This document shows, piece by piece, positions 30,825 through 40,618 of a DNA stretch of 64,000 nt. This stretch comes from a bacterium. GTDB lineage: Bacteria > Fidelibacterota > Fidelibacteria > Fidelibacterales > Fidelibacteraceae. A program made the translations under genes and the position numbers. Each line of letters starts with the position of its first letter. Positions within the stretch are counted from its first letter, which is position 1. Location: positions 2,016,001-2,080,000 of the forward strand of contig OY781066.1 of the NCBI GenBank assembly GCA_963676395.1, written 5' to 3'. A model generated the notes under the pieces. The model ran no database searches. It was not told the origin of the DNA and saw only the letters and a program-made list of their open reading frames with translations.

Positions 30825-32225
30825 TTAGAATTCGTAACGTAGGCTATAACGCATGGTATTTGTTAGTGGATGACCTTTTTTACCGCCTGTGTAGGCGAAA
30901 TCGAACCCGAGACCGCGGTAAATAAAACCAAAACCGACTGTGGGGTTCATCACGTCACCGCTTTCATCGTAGATAAGTCCGCCACGTAGAGCGAACATAT
31001 TGTTATATATATATTCCAAGCCCATATTGTAAACAAGTTCTCTCAATTCATTTGAGATAGAACCGTTGTTTTCGGAACCGACTTCGATCTTGTCATCACT
31101 GAAGTTTGAAGCACTTTTACCATACTCACCCCAACCGGAAGGAGAATCGATGGGGTCACCTTCATTATATTGTCCAGGACCATCTACTTCAAGTCCCGTA
31201 ACTGTATTAACCCATTTTGCTTCTCCGTTTGCGGGAACAACATAATCAATATATTGACCGGAAGCATTGTACCAACCTTGTTTGGCTCCATCAGCATTAT
31301 ACCCACCAATAATACCGTCACCATCGTAATCGACGTCACCACTGTAATGCCAGTCATCGGTAAAGGAGGTAAAAATACCTTTAAACCAATTGTCGGTATA
31401 ACTGTGTTCACCATGATCTGAGGTGAGAGGTGTTCCGTCTTCGATAATAAAGTTATTATTTACATCCATTGCCGGGTGTGATGAAGCAAGGATACGATTA
31501 ACATCAAAAACAATATTTAATTTATTGTGTTTTTCGTTCATAAGCTTAAGGTTCATACCCATTTTTAAGTTTGTGGGTTGAGGATCGGCTTGAGCATCAT
31601 CAATAAATGCGATCTTAGGGCCAACATTAGAAAGGGCAATACCTAAATCCAATCTATCGTCTAATAGGCGTTTAATCTGATATCCAATATCAAAACCAAG
31701 ATGGAAAGAATCTCCATTACCCTGTTCTGCACCGGTATTAACATTAGAAAGCATTTGGTATGCAAACTTAAGGTTAACACCCAAAGCAGAATTTGAAGTA
31801 ATTTTTGTAGCATAGGATCCGCTGACAGCCATCATATATGATCTAAATTCACCTCTTACATGGCCATATTCATCAGTCCACTGCTGTTGTCCAAGATCCA
31901 AATAGATCATATGACCACCAAACGTACCTAAATTAGGGACTTTATAGCCACCGGTTAAAAAAGTATATCCCATATCGCTTACAAGATTGGGTAACCATTT
32001 TGCATACATGGCTCCAACCTCATTCTTGCGCAAATAAGCAAGACCGGCAGGGTTATAAAATGAAGCATAAGCGTCATCTGTGATGGCAACATGGGCTTCT
32101 CCCATAGCTTCTGCACGAGCACCGGGAGCGATCAATAACCAAACTGCACCGGTTGATGTAATCGCGAATGCAGATGATACCGTTAGAATGAGTCCGAGGA
32201 TGAGGGTAAACACTTTGCGTTTCAT
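30825..32225 (-). CDS. porV: PorV-family T9SS outer-membrane shuttle protein
   Basis: LLIAPGARAEAMGEA, FYNPAGLA, YAKWLPNL..DM, ADPQPTNLKMG, HPLTNTMRYSLRYEF. Confidence 0.85.
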   Translation of the reverse strand: MKRKVFTLILGLILTVSSAFAITSTGAVWLLIAPGARAEAMGEAHVAITDDAYASFYNPAGLAYLRKNEVGAMYAKWLPNLVSDMGYTFLTGGYKVPNLGTFGGHMIYLDLGQQQWTDEYGHVRGEFRSYMMAVSGSYATKITSNSALGVNLKFAYQMLSNVNTGAEQGNGDSFHLGFDIGYQIKRLLDDRLDLGIALSNVGPKIAFIDDAQADPQPTNLKMGMNLKLMNEKHNKLNIVFDVNRILASSHPAMDVNNNFIIEDGTPLTSDHGEHSYTDNWFKGIFTSFTDDWHYSGDVDYDGDGIIGGYNADGAKQGWYNASGQYIDYVVPANGEAKWVNTVTGLEVDGPGQYNEGDPIDSPSGWGEYGKSASNFSDDKIEVGSENNGSISNELRELVYNMGLEYIYNNMFALRGGLIYDESGDVMNPTVGFGFIYRGLGFDFAYTGGKKGHPLTNTMRYSLRYEF

Positions 32226-32245
32226 AAAACTTATCTCCTAATAAT

Positions 32246-32292
32246 GAAAATGAGCGATCTTATAACGCTCATACGACATATCGTTATAAGAT
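32246..32292 (-). promoter_or_regulatory. Candidate attenuator (overlapping alternative hairpins) in the porV leader
   Basis: 11-bp inverted repeat 32257-32267/32282-32292 overlaps a 7-bp inverted repeat 32250-32256/32266-32272, which is followed by UUUC on the minus strand. Confidence 0.45.
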
Positions 32293-32297
32293 GCGAC

Positions 32298-32326
32298 ACC
32301 TTAACTTAAACTTCTATTTTTGTCAA
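32298..32326 (-). promoter_or_regulatory. sigma70-type promoter of the porV operon
   Basis: Minus strand: TTGACA, 17 bp spacer, TAAGGT. Confidence 0.65.
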
Positions 32327-32431
32327 GCACCTTTAACGAACTGATCTTTAATGTATACCTCTTTTTGTATTGACTAAATATTGGTAATTATTTTCTAAAT
32401 GTCAAATGAAAATTATCATTTGAAAAGTTAT

Positions 32432-32884
32432 TTATTCTTTCTCTATGTCCCGTATTCGTTTGTTGAATTCTTCAACCGATTCAAACTCGTGATATACCGA
32501 CGCAAAGCGGATATAAGCTACTTTATCAATATCTTTAAGGGCATCAATGACAAGTTCACCGATTTGTTTTGATGGCACTTCGCTCAGCCCTTCGGTCAGG
32601 ATCATATTTTCAACATCTTTTACGATCGTGTGTATAGCCTCCATGGAAACCGGACGTTTTACACAAGCTAAAGAAATACTTCTGATCAGTTTTTCGCGAT
32701 TGAATTCTTCACGTGAGCCATTTGATTTAATAACCAAAGCTGTGGTAAGACTCACATATTCATAAGTTGTAAAACGAAATTTACATTTTTCGCATTCGCG
32801 ACGGCGACGGATCCCGTTCTCTTTGTTAAGGGGACGGGAATCTATCACTTTATTTTCTTCGTATCCGCAATTGGGACATCTCAT
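32432..32884 (-). CDS. nrdR: Transcriptional repressor NrdR
   Basis: MRCPNC...VIDSR...IRRRREC..C..RFTTYE Zn ribbon, ATP cone, [12 protein letters not shown]. Confidence 0.97.
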   Translation of the reverse strand: MRCPNCGYEENKVIDSRPLNKENGIRRRRECEKCKFRFTTYEYVSLTTALVIKSNGSREEFNREKLIRSISLACVKRPVSMEAIHTIVKDVENMILTEGLSEVPSKQIGELVIDALKDIDKVAYIRFASVYHEFESVEEFNKRIRDIEKE

Positions 32885-34182
32885 ACTTTAAAATCCTCGT
32901 AGAGGGGGTATTTCTTAATTAACACATCAACATCTTTGCGAGCTGCTTTTAAGTTGTCTTCATTTTCAGGATTATTGATCACCTTATTAATGATATCAGC
33001 AATACTCTTCATGTCGTCTTCTTTTAATCCCCTGCTTGTCAATGCCGGCGTTCCAAGTCTAATACCGCTGGTTACAAACGGTGAGCGGTCATCGAAAGGA
33101 ACCATATTTTTATTGCTTGTTATACCAATGGATTCCAGCACCTGTTCCGCTTTTTTTCCACTAATATTTTTATTATGAAGATCAACGAGTACCAAATGGT
33201 TATCTGTACCACCTGAAACCAGGTCAAAGTTATAGGATACAAGCGCTTCTCCGAGAGCTTTGGCATTCTTGATAACCTGATGACAGTAGTCTTTAAACTC
33301 AGGCTGTAGGGCTTCACCGAAGGCAACGGCTTTCGCAGCAATAATGTGCATGAGCGGGCCGCCTTGAATTCCCGGCATAACCGTTGAATCATAGAGCTCG
33401 GACATCATTTTTACGCGACCTGATTTTGGAGCTACGATACCAAAGGGATTTTCTTTGTCTTTACCCATTAGAATCATACCACCTCTGGGACCACGTAAGG
33501 TTTTGTGGGTCGTCGTGGTTACAACATCACAGTAGGGGATGGGAGAGGGGTGTAAGCCCGTAGCGATCAGTCCGGCAGGATGTGCAATATCGGCCATGAG
33601 AAATGCACCAACCTCATCGGCGATCTCGCGGAATTTTGCAAAATCATAATGACGTGTATAGGCCGAAGCACCTGCAATAATTAGTTTTGGTTTATGTCTA
33701 TGGGCTTTTTCTGCCAGATCATTATAGTCTATACGTCCATCCTCTTTCTTAACGCCATAAGACACAATATTATAGAGTTTGCCAGAAAAATTAACGGGGG
33801 AACCGTGGGTAAGATGACCGCCGTGAGACAGATCCATGCCAAGAATGGTGTCGCCCGGTTTAAGTAAGGTGAAAAATACAGCCATGTTGGCTTGTGAGCC
33901 GGAGTGAGGCTGTACATTGGCATATTCGCAGTTAAAAAGTTCTTTAGCACGCTTGCGAGCAAGGTTTTCAACTTCATCAACGCATTCACAACCGCCGTAG
34001 TAACGCTTACCCGGGTAACCTTCGGCATATTTATTGGTCATGATATTACCTGAGGCTTCCAAAACTGCTTTAGAGACAAAGTTCTCTGAAGCAATCATTT
34101 CAAGAGAATTACGTTGACGTTCAAGTTCATTTTTAATGGTTGAAAAAACATCAGGATCGTTCTTTTTGATGTTCTCGTACAT
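32881..34182 (-). CDS. glyA: Serine hydroxymethyltransferase
   Basis: [36 protein letters not shown]. Confidence 0.98.
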   Translation of the reverse strand: MYENIKKNDPDVFSTIKNELERQRNSLEMIASENFVSKAVLEASGNIMTNKYAEGYPGKRYYGGCECVDEVENLARKRAKELFNCEYANVQPHSGSQANMAVFFTLLKPGDTILGMDLSHGGHLTHGSPVNFSGKLYNIVSYGVKKEDGRIDYNDLAEKAHRHKPKLIIAGASAYTRHYDFAKFREIADEVGAFLMADIAHPAGLIATGLHPSPIPYCDVVTTTTHKTLRGPRGGMILMGKDKENPFGIVAPKSGRVKMMSELYDSTVMPGIQGGPLMHIIAAKAVAFGEALQPEFKDYCHQVIKNAKALGEALVSYNFDLVSGGTDNHLVLVDLHNKNISGKKAEQVLESIGITSNKNMVPFDDRSPFVTSGIRLGTPALTSRGLKEDDMKSIADIINKVINNPENEDNLKAARKDVDVLIKKYPLYEDFKV

Positions 34183-34191
34183 ACTTCATCC

Positions 34192-34656
34192 TTATTTTTC
34201 TGTTAAGCTGTGGATTTTTTCCACTCTTTTTTGATGGCGTCCACCCTCAAAATTACTTGCAAACCAAGCATCGATGATCTTATCCATTTCTTGAAGGGAG
34301 TTCATTCTTGCTCCCATAGCCAGAATATTGGCATCGTTATGCTTGCGTGCCATTTCTGCGTGTAGAGGTGTTGTACAAAGACCAGCTCGCACACCTTTTA
34401 CTTTATTGGCGGCAATACTTATACCTATACCGGTTCCGCAAATGATAATGCCCTGAGAACCGGGGTCTTCTGTTACCGCTTTACCGACCGCAACACCAAA
34501 GTCCGGATAGTCAACGGAGTCCTCAGAAAAACATCCTTTATCTATAACGGAATATCCCATGTTACCGACATAATCGATAACATGGGATTTTGCTTCGAAT
34601 CCGGCATGATCGGATCCTATGTAAATTATTCTACGGTTACTGTTCGTGTTATCCAC
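34192..34656 (-). CDS. rpiB: Ribose-5-phosphate isomerase B (GTG start overlapping the upstream gene)
   Basis: GSDHAG, DYPD, ICGTGIGISIAANKVKGVRA, HNDAN, FEGGRH. Confidence 0.96.
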   Translation of the reverse strand: MDNTNSNRRIIYIGSDHAGFEAKSHVIDYVGNMGYSVIDKGCFSEDSVDYPDFGVAVGKAVTEDPGSQGIIICGTGIGISIAANKVKGVRAGLCTTPLHAEMARKHNDANILAMGARMNSLQEMDKIIDAWFASNFEGGRHQKRVEKIHSLTEK

Positions 34657-35903
34657 TTGTAACTATTTCCCAGGGGTTTGTAAGTGTTTGTACCTACTTT
34701 GTTTGCGTCACCAATAAGGAAACGATCTTTTGCTTTTGCAATGGTCAGATCATTATCATAGAGATATTTTAAACGGAATTGAGCGTTAAAGTTACCCAAT
34801 TCTTTTGATTTCTTGTAATCTTCAAATGCCATATGGTAAACGATTTTATCATTACAGTCAATCTTACCTTTTTCCAATGTGCCCATTTCAGCGGTCGTTT
34901 CAAGAACTTTTGCTCTTGCAAAGTAAACGTCTTTATTTTGAGGAGCGACCTTAACTGCGGCAGAAATAATCTGGTATGCTTTTTCGTAATTACCCATTGA
35001 AACGTTTTTATTGGTGACTTCAATTTGCATGTTGATATCGCGAGGATTTGAGCGTGCATAGTTTTCTAACACTTCCAAACCTTCAACAGGCTGGCCACTG
35101 TATTCGTAACATTCGGCTAATTTTTGGACTAGCGTTACATTCATTGGATTTAATGATAATGTTTGCTTTGCAACCGTGATGGCTGTTTTATAATCGTTGC
35201 CATTAAATAAAGCATTAATATAAGCTAAAGCCTTTGACGCATCTGATGTGTTGTTTTCCCATGCTTTCTGGTAGAATGCCTTAGGATCGCGACCCATTTT
35301 CCCAAGAACGGAAATGATGGAGTTAATCGCGGTGTTGTTGTTTGGGTCTATATCAAGGATTGTTTCCCAAATATCCAATTCTTCATCATAAAGACCCAAC
35401 ATATCGTAAGCATTGGCCTGTTTTGACATGTATTCCACATCATCAATGTAAAGAGCATTATACTGCTGATATACATTTAAAGCACCTTCAAAATCACCGG
35501 CACGTTCTTTGTAGTAAGCTGATAATTGGAGCAAGTGCTGATTAGTTCCATCGTAAGTTAAACCTTCGTCAATGTAGAAAGCAGATGAATCGGGGTTGCC
35601 GAGTTTGTTGTAACAAAAGGCAATATCTTTAAATAAAGGATCAATAAAATCTTCAGCACAACCCATGTTAATGATCTCACGATAGTTTTTGATCGCGCTT
35701 GTCCAATTTTGTTGCTTTTTGTATTCTTTTCCATTACTCAAATAGAATTTACATTTGTTAAATACTTCTTCTTTTTTTTGCTCTTTTAATGCGTTAGCCT
35801 CTTCCGTGTTGACCTGTCCTTGAGGGGGAACACAGTTGTAAACACCTGTTAAGAGGAAGATGAACAGCAAAGATATAAGTAGAGCTTTTCTGGTTCTTGA
35901 CAT
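34626..35903 (-). CDS. TPR-repeat lipoprotein
   Basis: Basic/hydrophobic signal ending VYNC; multiple TPR-like helix pairs (DP.N, NP.N turns). Confidence 0.75.
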   Translation of the reverse strand: MSRTRKALLISLLFIFLLTGVYNCVPPQGQVNTEEANALKEQKKEEVFNKCKFYLSNGKEYKKQQNWTSAIKNYREIINMGCAEDFIDPLFKDIAFCYNKLGNPDSSAFYIDEGLTYDGTNQHLLQLSAYYKERAGDFEGALNVYQQYNALYIDDVEYMSKQANAYDMLGLYDEELDIWETILDIDPNNNTAINSIISVLGKMGRDPKAFYQKAWENNTSDASKALAYINALFNGNDYKTAITVAKQTLSLNPMNVTLVQKLAECYEYSGQPVEGLEVLENYARSNPRDINMQIEVTNKNVSMGNYEKAYQIISAAVKVAPQNKDVYFARAKVLETTAEMGTLEKGKIDCNDKIVYHMAFEDYKKSKELGNFNAQFRLKYLYDNDLTIAKAKDRFLIGDANKVGTNTYKPLGNSYKWITRTVTVE

Positions 35904-35917
35904 TTTGTCTCCTATTC

Positions 35918-37174
35918 CTATCTATATTTTCCGCGAGTTTTAAACCAATTTTCTGCGATCGTAATACTAAAATTAAGGCTGTAGACCATTTCATTAAGGT
36001 TTAATGGCTCAATACCTTCTTCTTCGTAAATGGTACCGTAATTGTATTCTGCAACAAAGGCAACATCAAGTCGGTTACGATATCCCGTAAACGGGAGTCC
36101 AAGACCAAGTGTGATCCCGTAAGTCTTAACAGGAACTCCTGATGAGCTTGCCATATATTGTTCTTCGTAAAAAGCTCCCGCCCTATAAGTTAAGGACTTA
36201 TAATAGGGAACATATTCACTAAGAATACCTTTTCTTTCAAAACCTAATCCATAATGATTATATGCTTGGATCTGTGATCCTTCGTAGAAAGGATTGAATG
36301 AAAAATCGGGTGATAAAGTAGTAAACTGATACTGCATCCAATCTACGGTGAAAATATAACGAGCTGTAGGCATGAATGCAAGACCTACCGCAAAACGATT
36401 TGGAAGCAGGTTTACATTATTATATTCGAATGTATCAATATGAGAATAAAAATCATTTAAATTTGAACCAACCATATAATTGGCGATCTGTCTGTGTGAA
36501 ATATTATTTACATGGGTATACGATGCTCCTAGAGACAAAAATTTGAAAGGTTTCACGTTGATACCGCCGGTAAACTGCCAACCATTAAAACCTTCGTCTT
36601 TTTCTATCCTGACATCAGAATAGTCTTTGGAAGTAAAATCCATCTCATGTACGATATTATAACCACCGACTAAATAATCGGCAGACAATCCAACAGCCAC
36701 TTCACCATTCTTGAAAAAAGAATACGCAACACCGGCAGTAGCAGCATAAATGCTTCCCTCCGAGGATGAGGTTTCCGTATATGTATTCTCGGGTGTAGTG
36801 ATCTGATAAGAGGCATGTGATGATGTGATGGGAGTCATACCGATCACTAATCCACCTTTATCTGCAAGGGGGAATTTGAGTAGACCGCAAGAAAACCCTG
36901 TATAACCATTTGTATACCCGATGCCTTCTATTGCGTTCAACTGAGTTCCAACACCAACTTCCATACCGGCTTTTTGCAAGAATGCTATATTTGCAGGATT
37001 TTGCATATTGGCAGAGAGTGAGTCTGAGTAAGCCACCGAACTTTTACCTCGGCCTTGGGCAGCTACAGTGTAGTTAATACCGACCTTACCAATACCGTAA
37101 ATGTCAAAGATACCCGCATAAGCCGAAGCGGATACTAAAATTGAAAAAAGTATTATATATAGTTTTTTATTCAT
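35918..37174 (-). CDS. FadL-like outer-membrane beta-barrel (candidate BamG-like)
   Basis: Signal peptide; YGIG...A.GRG plug and NPA motif typical of FadL/TodX-like barrels; YRAGAFY; C-terminal FSITIAENWF. Confidence 0.65.
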   Translation of the reverse strand: MNKKLYIILFSILVSASAYAGIFDIYGIGKVGINYTVAAQGRGKSSVAYSDSLSANMQNPANIAFLQKAGMEVGVGTQLNAIEGIGYTNGYTGFSCGLLKFPLADKGGLVIGMTPITSSHASYQITTPENTYTETSSSEGSIYAATAGVAYSFFKNGEVAVGLSADYLVGGYNIVHEMDFTSKDYSDVRIEKDEGFNGWQFTGGINVKPFKFLSLGASYTHVNNISHRQIANYMVGSNLNDFYSHIDTFEYNNVNLLPNRFAVGLAFMPTARYIFTVDWMQYQFTTLSPDFSFNPFYEGSQIQAYNHYGLGFERKGILSEYVPYYKSLTYRAGAFYEEQYMASSSGVPVKTYGITLGLGLPFTGYRNRLDVAFVAEYNYGTIYEEEGIEPLNLNEMVYSLNFSITIAENWFKTRGKYR

Positions 37175-38423
37175 CGTTAACCTTTGTGTACACGATATCT
37201 AGCGAAATGTCATCCGGATCGATCAATATCTGATTAAAGTCATATAAATCGTTTTCCAAGTAGAAAAAAATTCCTTCGTATTCCATGTCCTTCGGATTGG
37301 AAACCAGGTACTGGATTAATTGAACGATATTAATGACTACCGTGTCTTCAATGCTTGTAAGCTTATTTGAAAGCGCAGTATATATATAGGTAAGACTATC
37401 AATTTCCCAATAATCACTGCGGAATAATCTTGCACCGATCTTTAGTGTATCATTTTCACCGATACTGCTTAAACTGTCATCCATTAGGAATTTTAATTCA
37501 GCGCGATTAAGTAATTGCCTGGGGCCAAGCAGTGTGTCGACCCTGAGACTATCCATTTCGATATATGATCTTGATATGTTTCCTTGGGACAAGTAGAAAA
37601 GATCTTCATCAAGAACGCGTTCGTTAACGGATTGCTGTAGGTCACCACTACAATAAATTGAGAATGTACTGTCTTTAATATATGTACCGTTTGTATCGTT
37701 TAAGGTGCATTGAATTTCTATACGAGGATCAAAAGTACCTTTATGATCCATGGCATAAAAAGCGATAAGTCCTTCCGAACCAGCACTGGGAGTTACGGTG
37801 AAACCTGTGTTTGAGTCGGGATATTCATACCAATTACTAATAGTGTTAAGGTCAATGGGAATTTCAATCGATTCATCAGAGGTATTAAAGCTGAAAGAAC
37901 TGTAAAATGATGTTCTTCCCTCTATATCTGTATATACCTTTTCTACATCGCTGGTATTTAACCAATGGAGCGAAGTGTCAGGGTCTACCATGTTTAGATC
38001 AATGGAAAAATCACCGGCATCACCCCAGTAATCATCAAGGAAAAACTTGATTTTAGCTTCATTCATGACAAAATCAATGCTGTCAGCTAAATGCGTAAAT
38101 ACCGTGAAGTTGGTGAACTTAATAATAAACTCTGTTGATAAACCCAAATATTTACCGACTTTATCTTGCAGTAGTTTATTACCGCTTGCATCAGCGGATA
38201 GGTTCTTTGTTGAGGTGATAACGCTTTGATCATAACTAAGCGTATCCAGTAAAAATGTTTTACCCCCATAAGGAGTACTGAAAATACCCTGCGTACAGGA
38301 TGTGGAAGCGATCATGATTATTACAATACAAAAAAAAGTCAAAGTAATGCTACTTTGACGATTTATTTTCGCTTTGCGTGTAATATCAGATGCTGTCGAG
38401 GAATTCATAAAGTTCTTTTGCAA
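37167..38423 (-). CDS. Acidic beta-rich lipoprotein (DUF4270-like, candidate BamH-like); start may be ATG 38408
   Basis: Hydrophobic signal ending STSC; NRAEL and C-terminal LDIVYT pattern; lies next to the GT5 half-gene as DUF4270 does in Bacteroidota. Confidence 0.5.
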   Translation of the reverse strand: MQKNFMNSSTASDITRKAKINRQSSITLTFFCIVIIMIASTSCTQGIFSTPYGGKTFLLDTLSYDQSVITSTKNLSADASGNKLLQDKVGKYLGLSTEFIIKFTNFTVFTHLADSIDFVMNEAKIKFFLDDYWGDAGDFSIDLNMVDPDTSLHWLNTSDVEKVYTDIEGRTSFYSSFSFNTSDESIEIPIDLNTISNWYEYPDSNTGFTVTPSAGSEGLIAFYAMDHKGTFDPRIEIQCTLNDTNGTYIKDSTFSIYCSGDLQQSVNERVLDEDLFYLSQGNISRSYIEMDSLRVDTLLGPRQLLNRAELKFLMDDSLSSIGENDTLKIGARLFRSDYWEIDSLTYIYTALSNKLTSIEDTVVINIVQLIQYLVSNPKDMEYEGIFFYLENDLYDFNQILIDPDDISLDIVYTKVNDE

Positions 38424-39222
38424 TTGGACCCCAAAATTCTATGTTATCGTTAGAGCTGTTTATGTCGAAAATCTTATTATGTTCCTTTTTGGAAGATAAT
38501 ATTTCAGCGATTTTCTTTTTCTTTAGCATTGAGGACATTTTATCCTCTTTTCCTGATTTTAGCTGAATGATCGCATCGGAATATTCCATGGCTGACTGCA
38601 TGAATGTTTGGGGATCTAGCAGATCTTTATTGTTTGTAACATGGAATTTCTTTAAAGCATCTTCTGTAAAATTGTAAAAAGGTTCATCATGGGAAAATAC
38701 CGAAACGACCTTGGTGTTGGCAAACCATTCATGATCTTTTAATACTGTTTTTAGTAAGATCGGAATAAGTAAGGATTGCCAGTTATAACAAAGCAGGACA
38801 TCCGGTTGCCAATACAATCTTTCCAAAGTATTCAGGGCCGCAAAACTGTACATTAAAAAGGTATCAAATACATTTTTATTTTTTGGTTGCTGATAATTGC
38901 TGGTTACCTGTTTACTGATCTCTTTATAGAATTCAGGAAAAATATTAAAGTATACTTGAACTCGTGAGTCGGGAATAAAGGCCGATTTAACCGAAGAAAT
39001 AGTTTCTTCTTCACCCATATTAACCGAGATCTCTTTGAGACGGATCACTTCACGAAGGATGTATTTTCTTTCGGAAATAAACCCATAGCGAGGTAAAAAG
39101 ACCCTGACATCTATTTTGTTTTCGTTGAAAACCTTAGAGGTATTCGATATGAAGTCGCCCTCGGTAGATGCCGGAGTGAAAGGCGAAACACGTTTGGAAA
39201 TGTTGTAAATCTTAAGACTCAT
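38386..39222 (-). CDS. Stand-alone glycogen/starch-synthase N-terminal (Glyco_transf_5) domain protein, probably non-catalytic
   Basis: VRVFLPRYGFISERKYILREVIRL, VQVYF, WQPDVLLCYNWQ. Only 278 aa, no KxGGL motif, no C-terminal GT-B domain. Confidence 0.8.
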   Translation of the reverse strand: MSLKIYNISKRVSPFTPASTEGDFISNTSKVFNENKIDVRVFLPRYGFISERKYILREVIRLKEISVNMGEEETISSVKSAFIPDSRVQVYFNIFPEFYKEISKQVTSNYQQPKNKNVFDTFLMYSFAALNTLERLYWQPDVLLCYNWQSLLIPILLKTVLKDHEWFANTKVVSVFSHDEPFYNFTEDALKKFHVTNNKDLLDPQTFMQSAMEYSDAIIQLKSGKEDKMSSMLKKKKIAEILSSKKEHNKIFDINSSNDNIEFWGPIAKELYEFLDSI

Positions 39223-39256
39223 TTACGCATTTTGGTTTTTATGAACTTAACTCTGT

Positions 39257-39285
39257 AAATTACAAAAATATTTGGCAGGTGTCAA
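39257..39285 (-). promoter_or_regulatory. sigma70-type promoter of the GT5-like...nrdR operon
   Basis: Minus strand: TTGACA, 17 bp spacer, TAATTT. Confidence 0.65.
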
Positions 39286-39473
39286 TCATTTAACCAATTA
39301 TATAAAAGCGTATAAATCTGTAAATTATTGGGCGATTTAAAATACATTATTTCGGTAAATGGGAACATTTGATTTTTTCTGATTTTAGAATTTTGGTTTA
39401 AATCAATATAAATACCTTGCAATGTCATTAGGAAGTAATAAATTCAGTCAGCACAAAGGGAAAGAGGCAAGTC

Positions 39474-40550
39474 ATGGCAGAAAAACTAAAAGATCAATTA
39501 AAGAATGTTAACTACCTGAGAACAATTGCCATTTTATTGGCATTTGTGATTGCCGTATATTTTTTTAAAGAACTTTCAGCGATATTTATCCCCTTGTTAT
39601 TGTCGGTGTTCTTTGCCTTTATGATGGGACCTCTGGTAGCATTTATGGATAAGAAAAAAGTTCCTAATTTTATCAGTATGATGCTCGTTTTGGTTATAGT
39701 GACGATCATTCTTTTTATTATAGGTACTGTGGTTTATGCTTCTATTGCTTCATTTGCAGGTGAATTCCCTAAATATCAGGATAAGTTTATACTTGCCTAT
39801 GAAAACATTATGTCTACATTGAAAATACCTATTGAGGATGCACAATTTTTCTTCCAGAATCGCGTAAATTGGTTTGAGATAGCCGATAGGATCTCTCTGC
39901 AAAGTATTATTACCTCAACCATGGGGTCCTTTTTAGATTTCGTGGTATCACTGATTATCATGATCCTATTAATGATGTTTATGCTTGGAGAGCGTAAACA
40001 TATCGCTGAAAGATTACAGGCGGTACTAAAAAGAAAAAATTCGACGATCAAGCCCAATATTGCCAAAGAAATACAAAAAAAGATCCAAACCTATATATCT
40101 CGTAAAACATTGATTTCGCTTGGAACTGCTCTGGGTGCTATGGCCATCGGTTTGATATTTAAACTGGATTTTATTGTTATCATAGGTATTTTAACATTTA
40201 TATTAAATTTCATTCCAAGTATTGGTTCGATCATTGCAACTATATTTCCAATTTTGATTTATCTTCTTCAGTACGGTTTTGATGGTAAATTCTTATTGCT
40301 GATTATTCTTCTTACTTCCTCACAGTTCCTGTTCGGGAATGTCCTTGATCCACGATTTGTCGGTCAGGGCTTAAAACTCTCACCTCTATTTATTATTGTA
40401 TCCTTGTTTTTCTGGAATTGGTTGTGGGGACCGATCGGAATGATCCTGTGCGTACCATTGCAGTCGATCATTGCTTTAATTCTTCAAAATAGTGGAGGTT
40501 CGATTACCATACGAGCAATTATGGGGGAAACGGTTCCACTTTCTGATTAA
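39474..40550 (+). CDS. AI-2E family transporter
   Basis: LNFIPSIGS, GNVLDPRFVG..L.LSP, WLWGPIGMILCVPL. Confidence 0.9.
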   Translation: MAEKLKDQLKNVNYLRTIAILLAFVIAVYFFKELSAIFIPLLLSVFFAFMMGPLVAFMDKKKVPNFISMMLVLVIVTIILFIIGTVVYASIASFAGEFPKYQDKFILAYENIMSTLKIPIEDAQFFFQNRVNWFEIADRISLQSIITSTMGSFLDFVVSLIIMILLMMFMLGERKHIAERLQAVLKRKNSTIKPNIAKEIQKKIQTYISRKTLISLGTALGAMAIGLIFKLDFIVIIGILTFILNFIPSIGSIIATIFPILIYLLQYGFDGKFLLLIILLTSSQFLFGNVLDPRFVGQGLKLSPLFIIVSLFFWNWLWGPIGMILCVPLQSIIALILQNSGGSITIRAIMGETVPLSD

Positions 40551-40618
40551 TTGAGAGTTAAGGGTTGAGAATATTAAGAATCAAGAGTTCTATGTTCAGC
40601 TCTAAATTCTAAGCTTTT

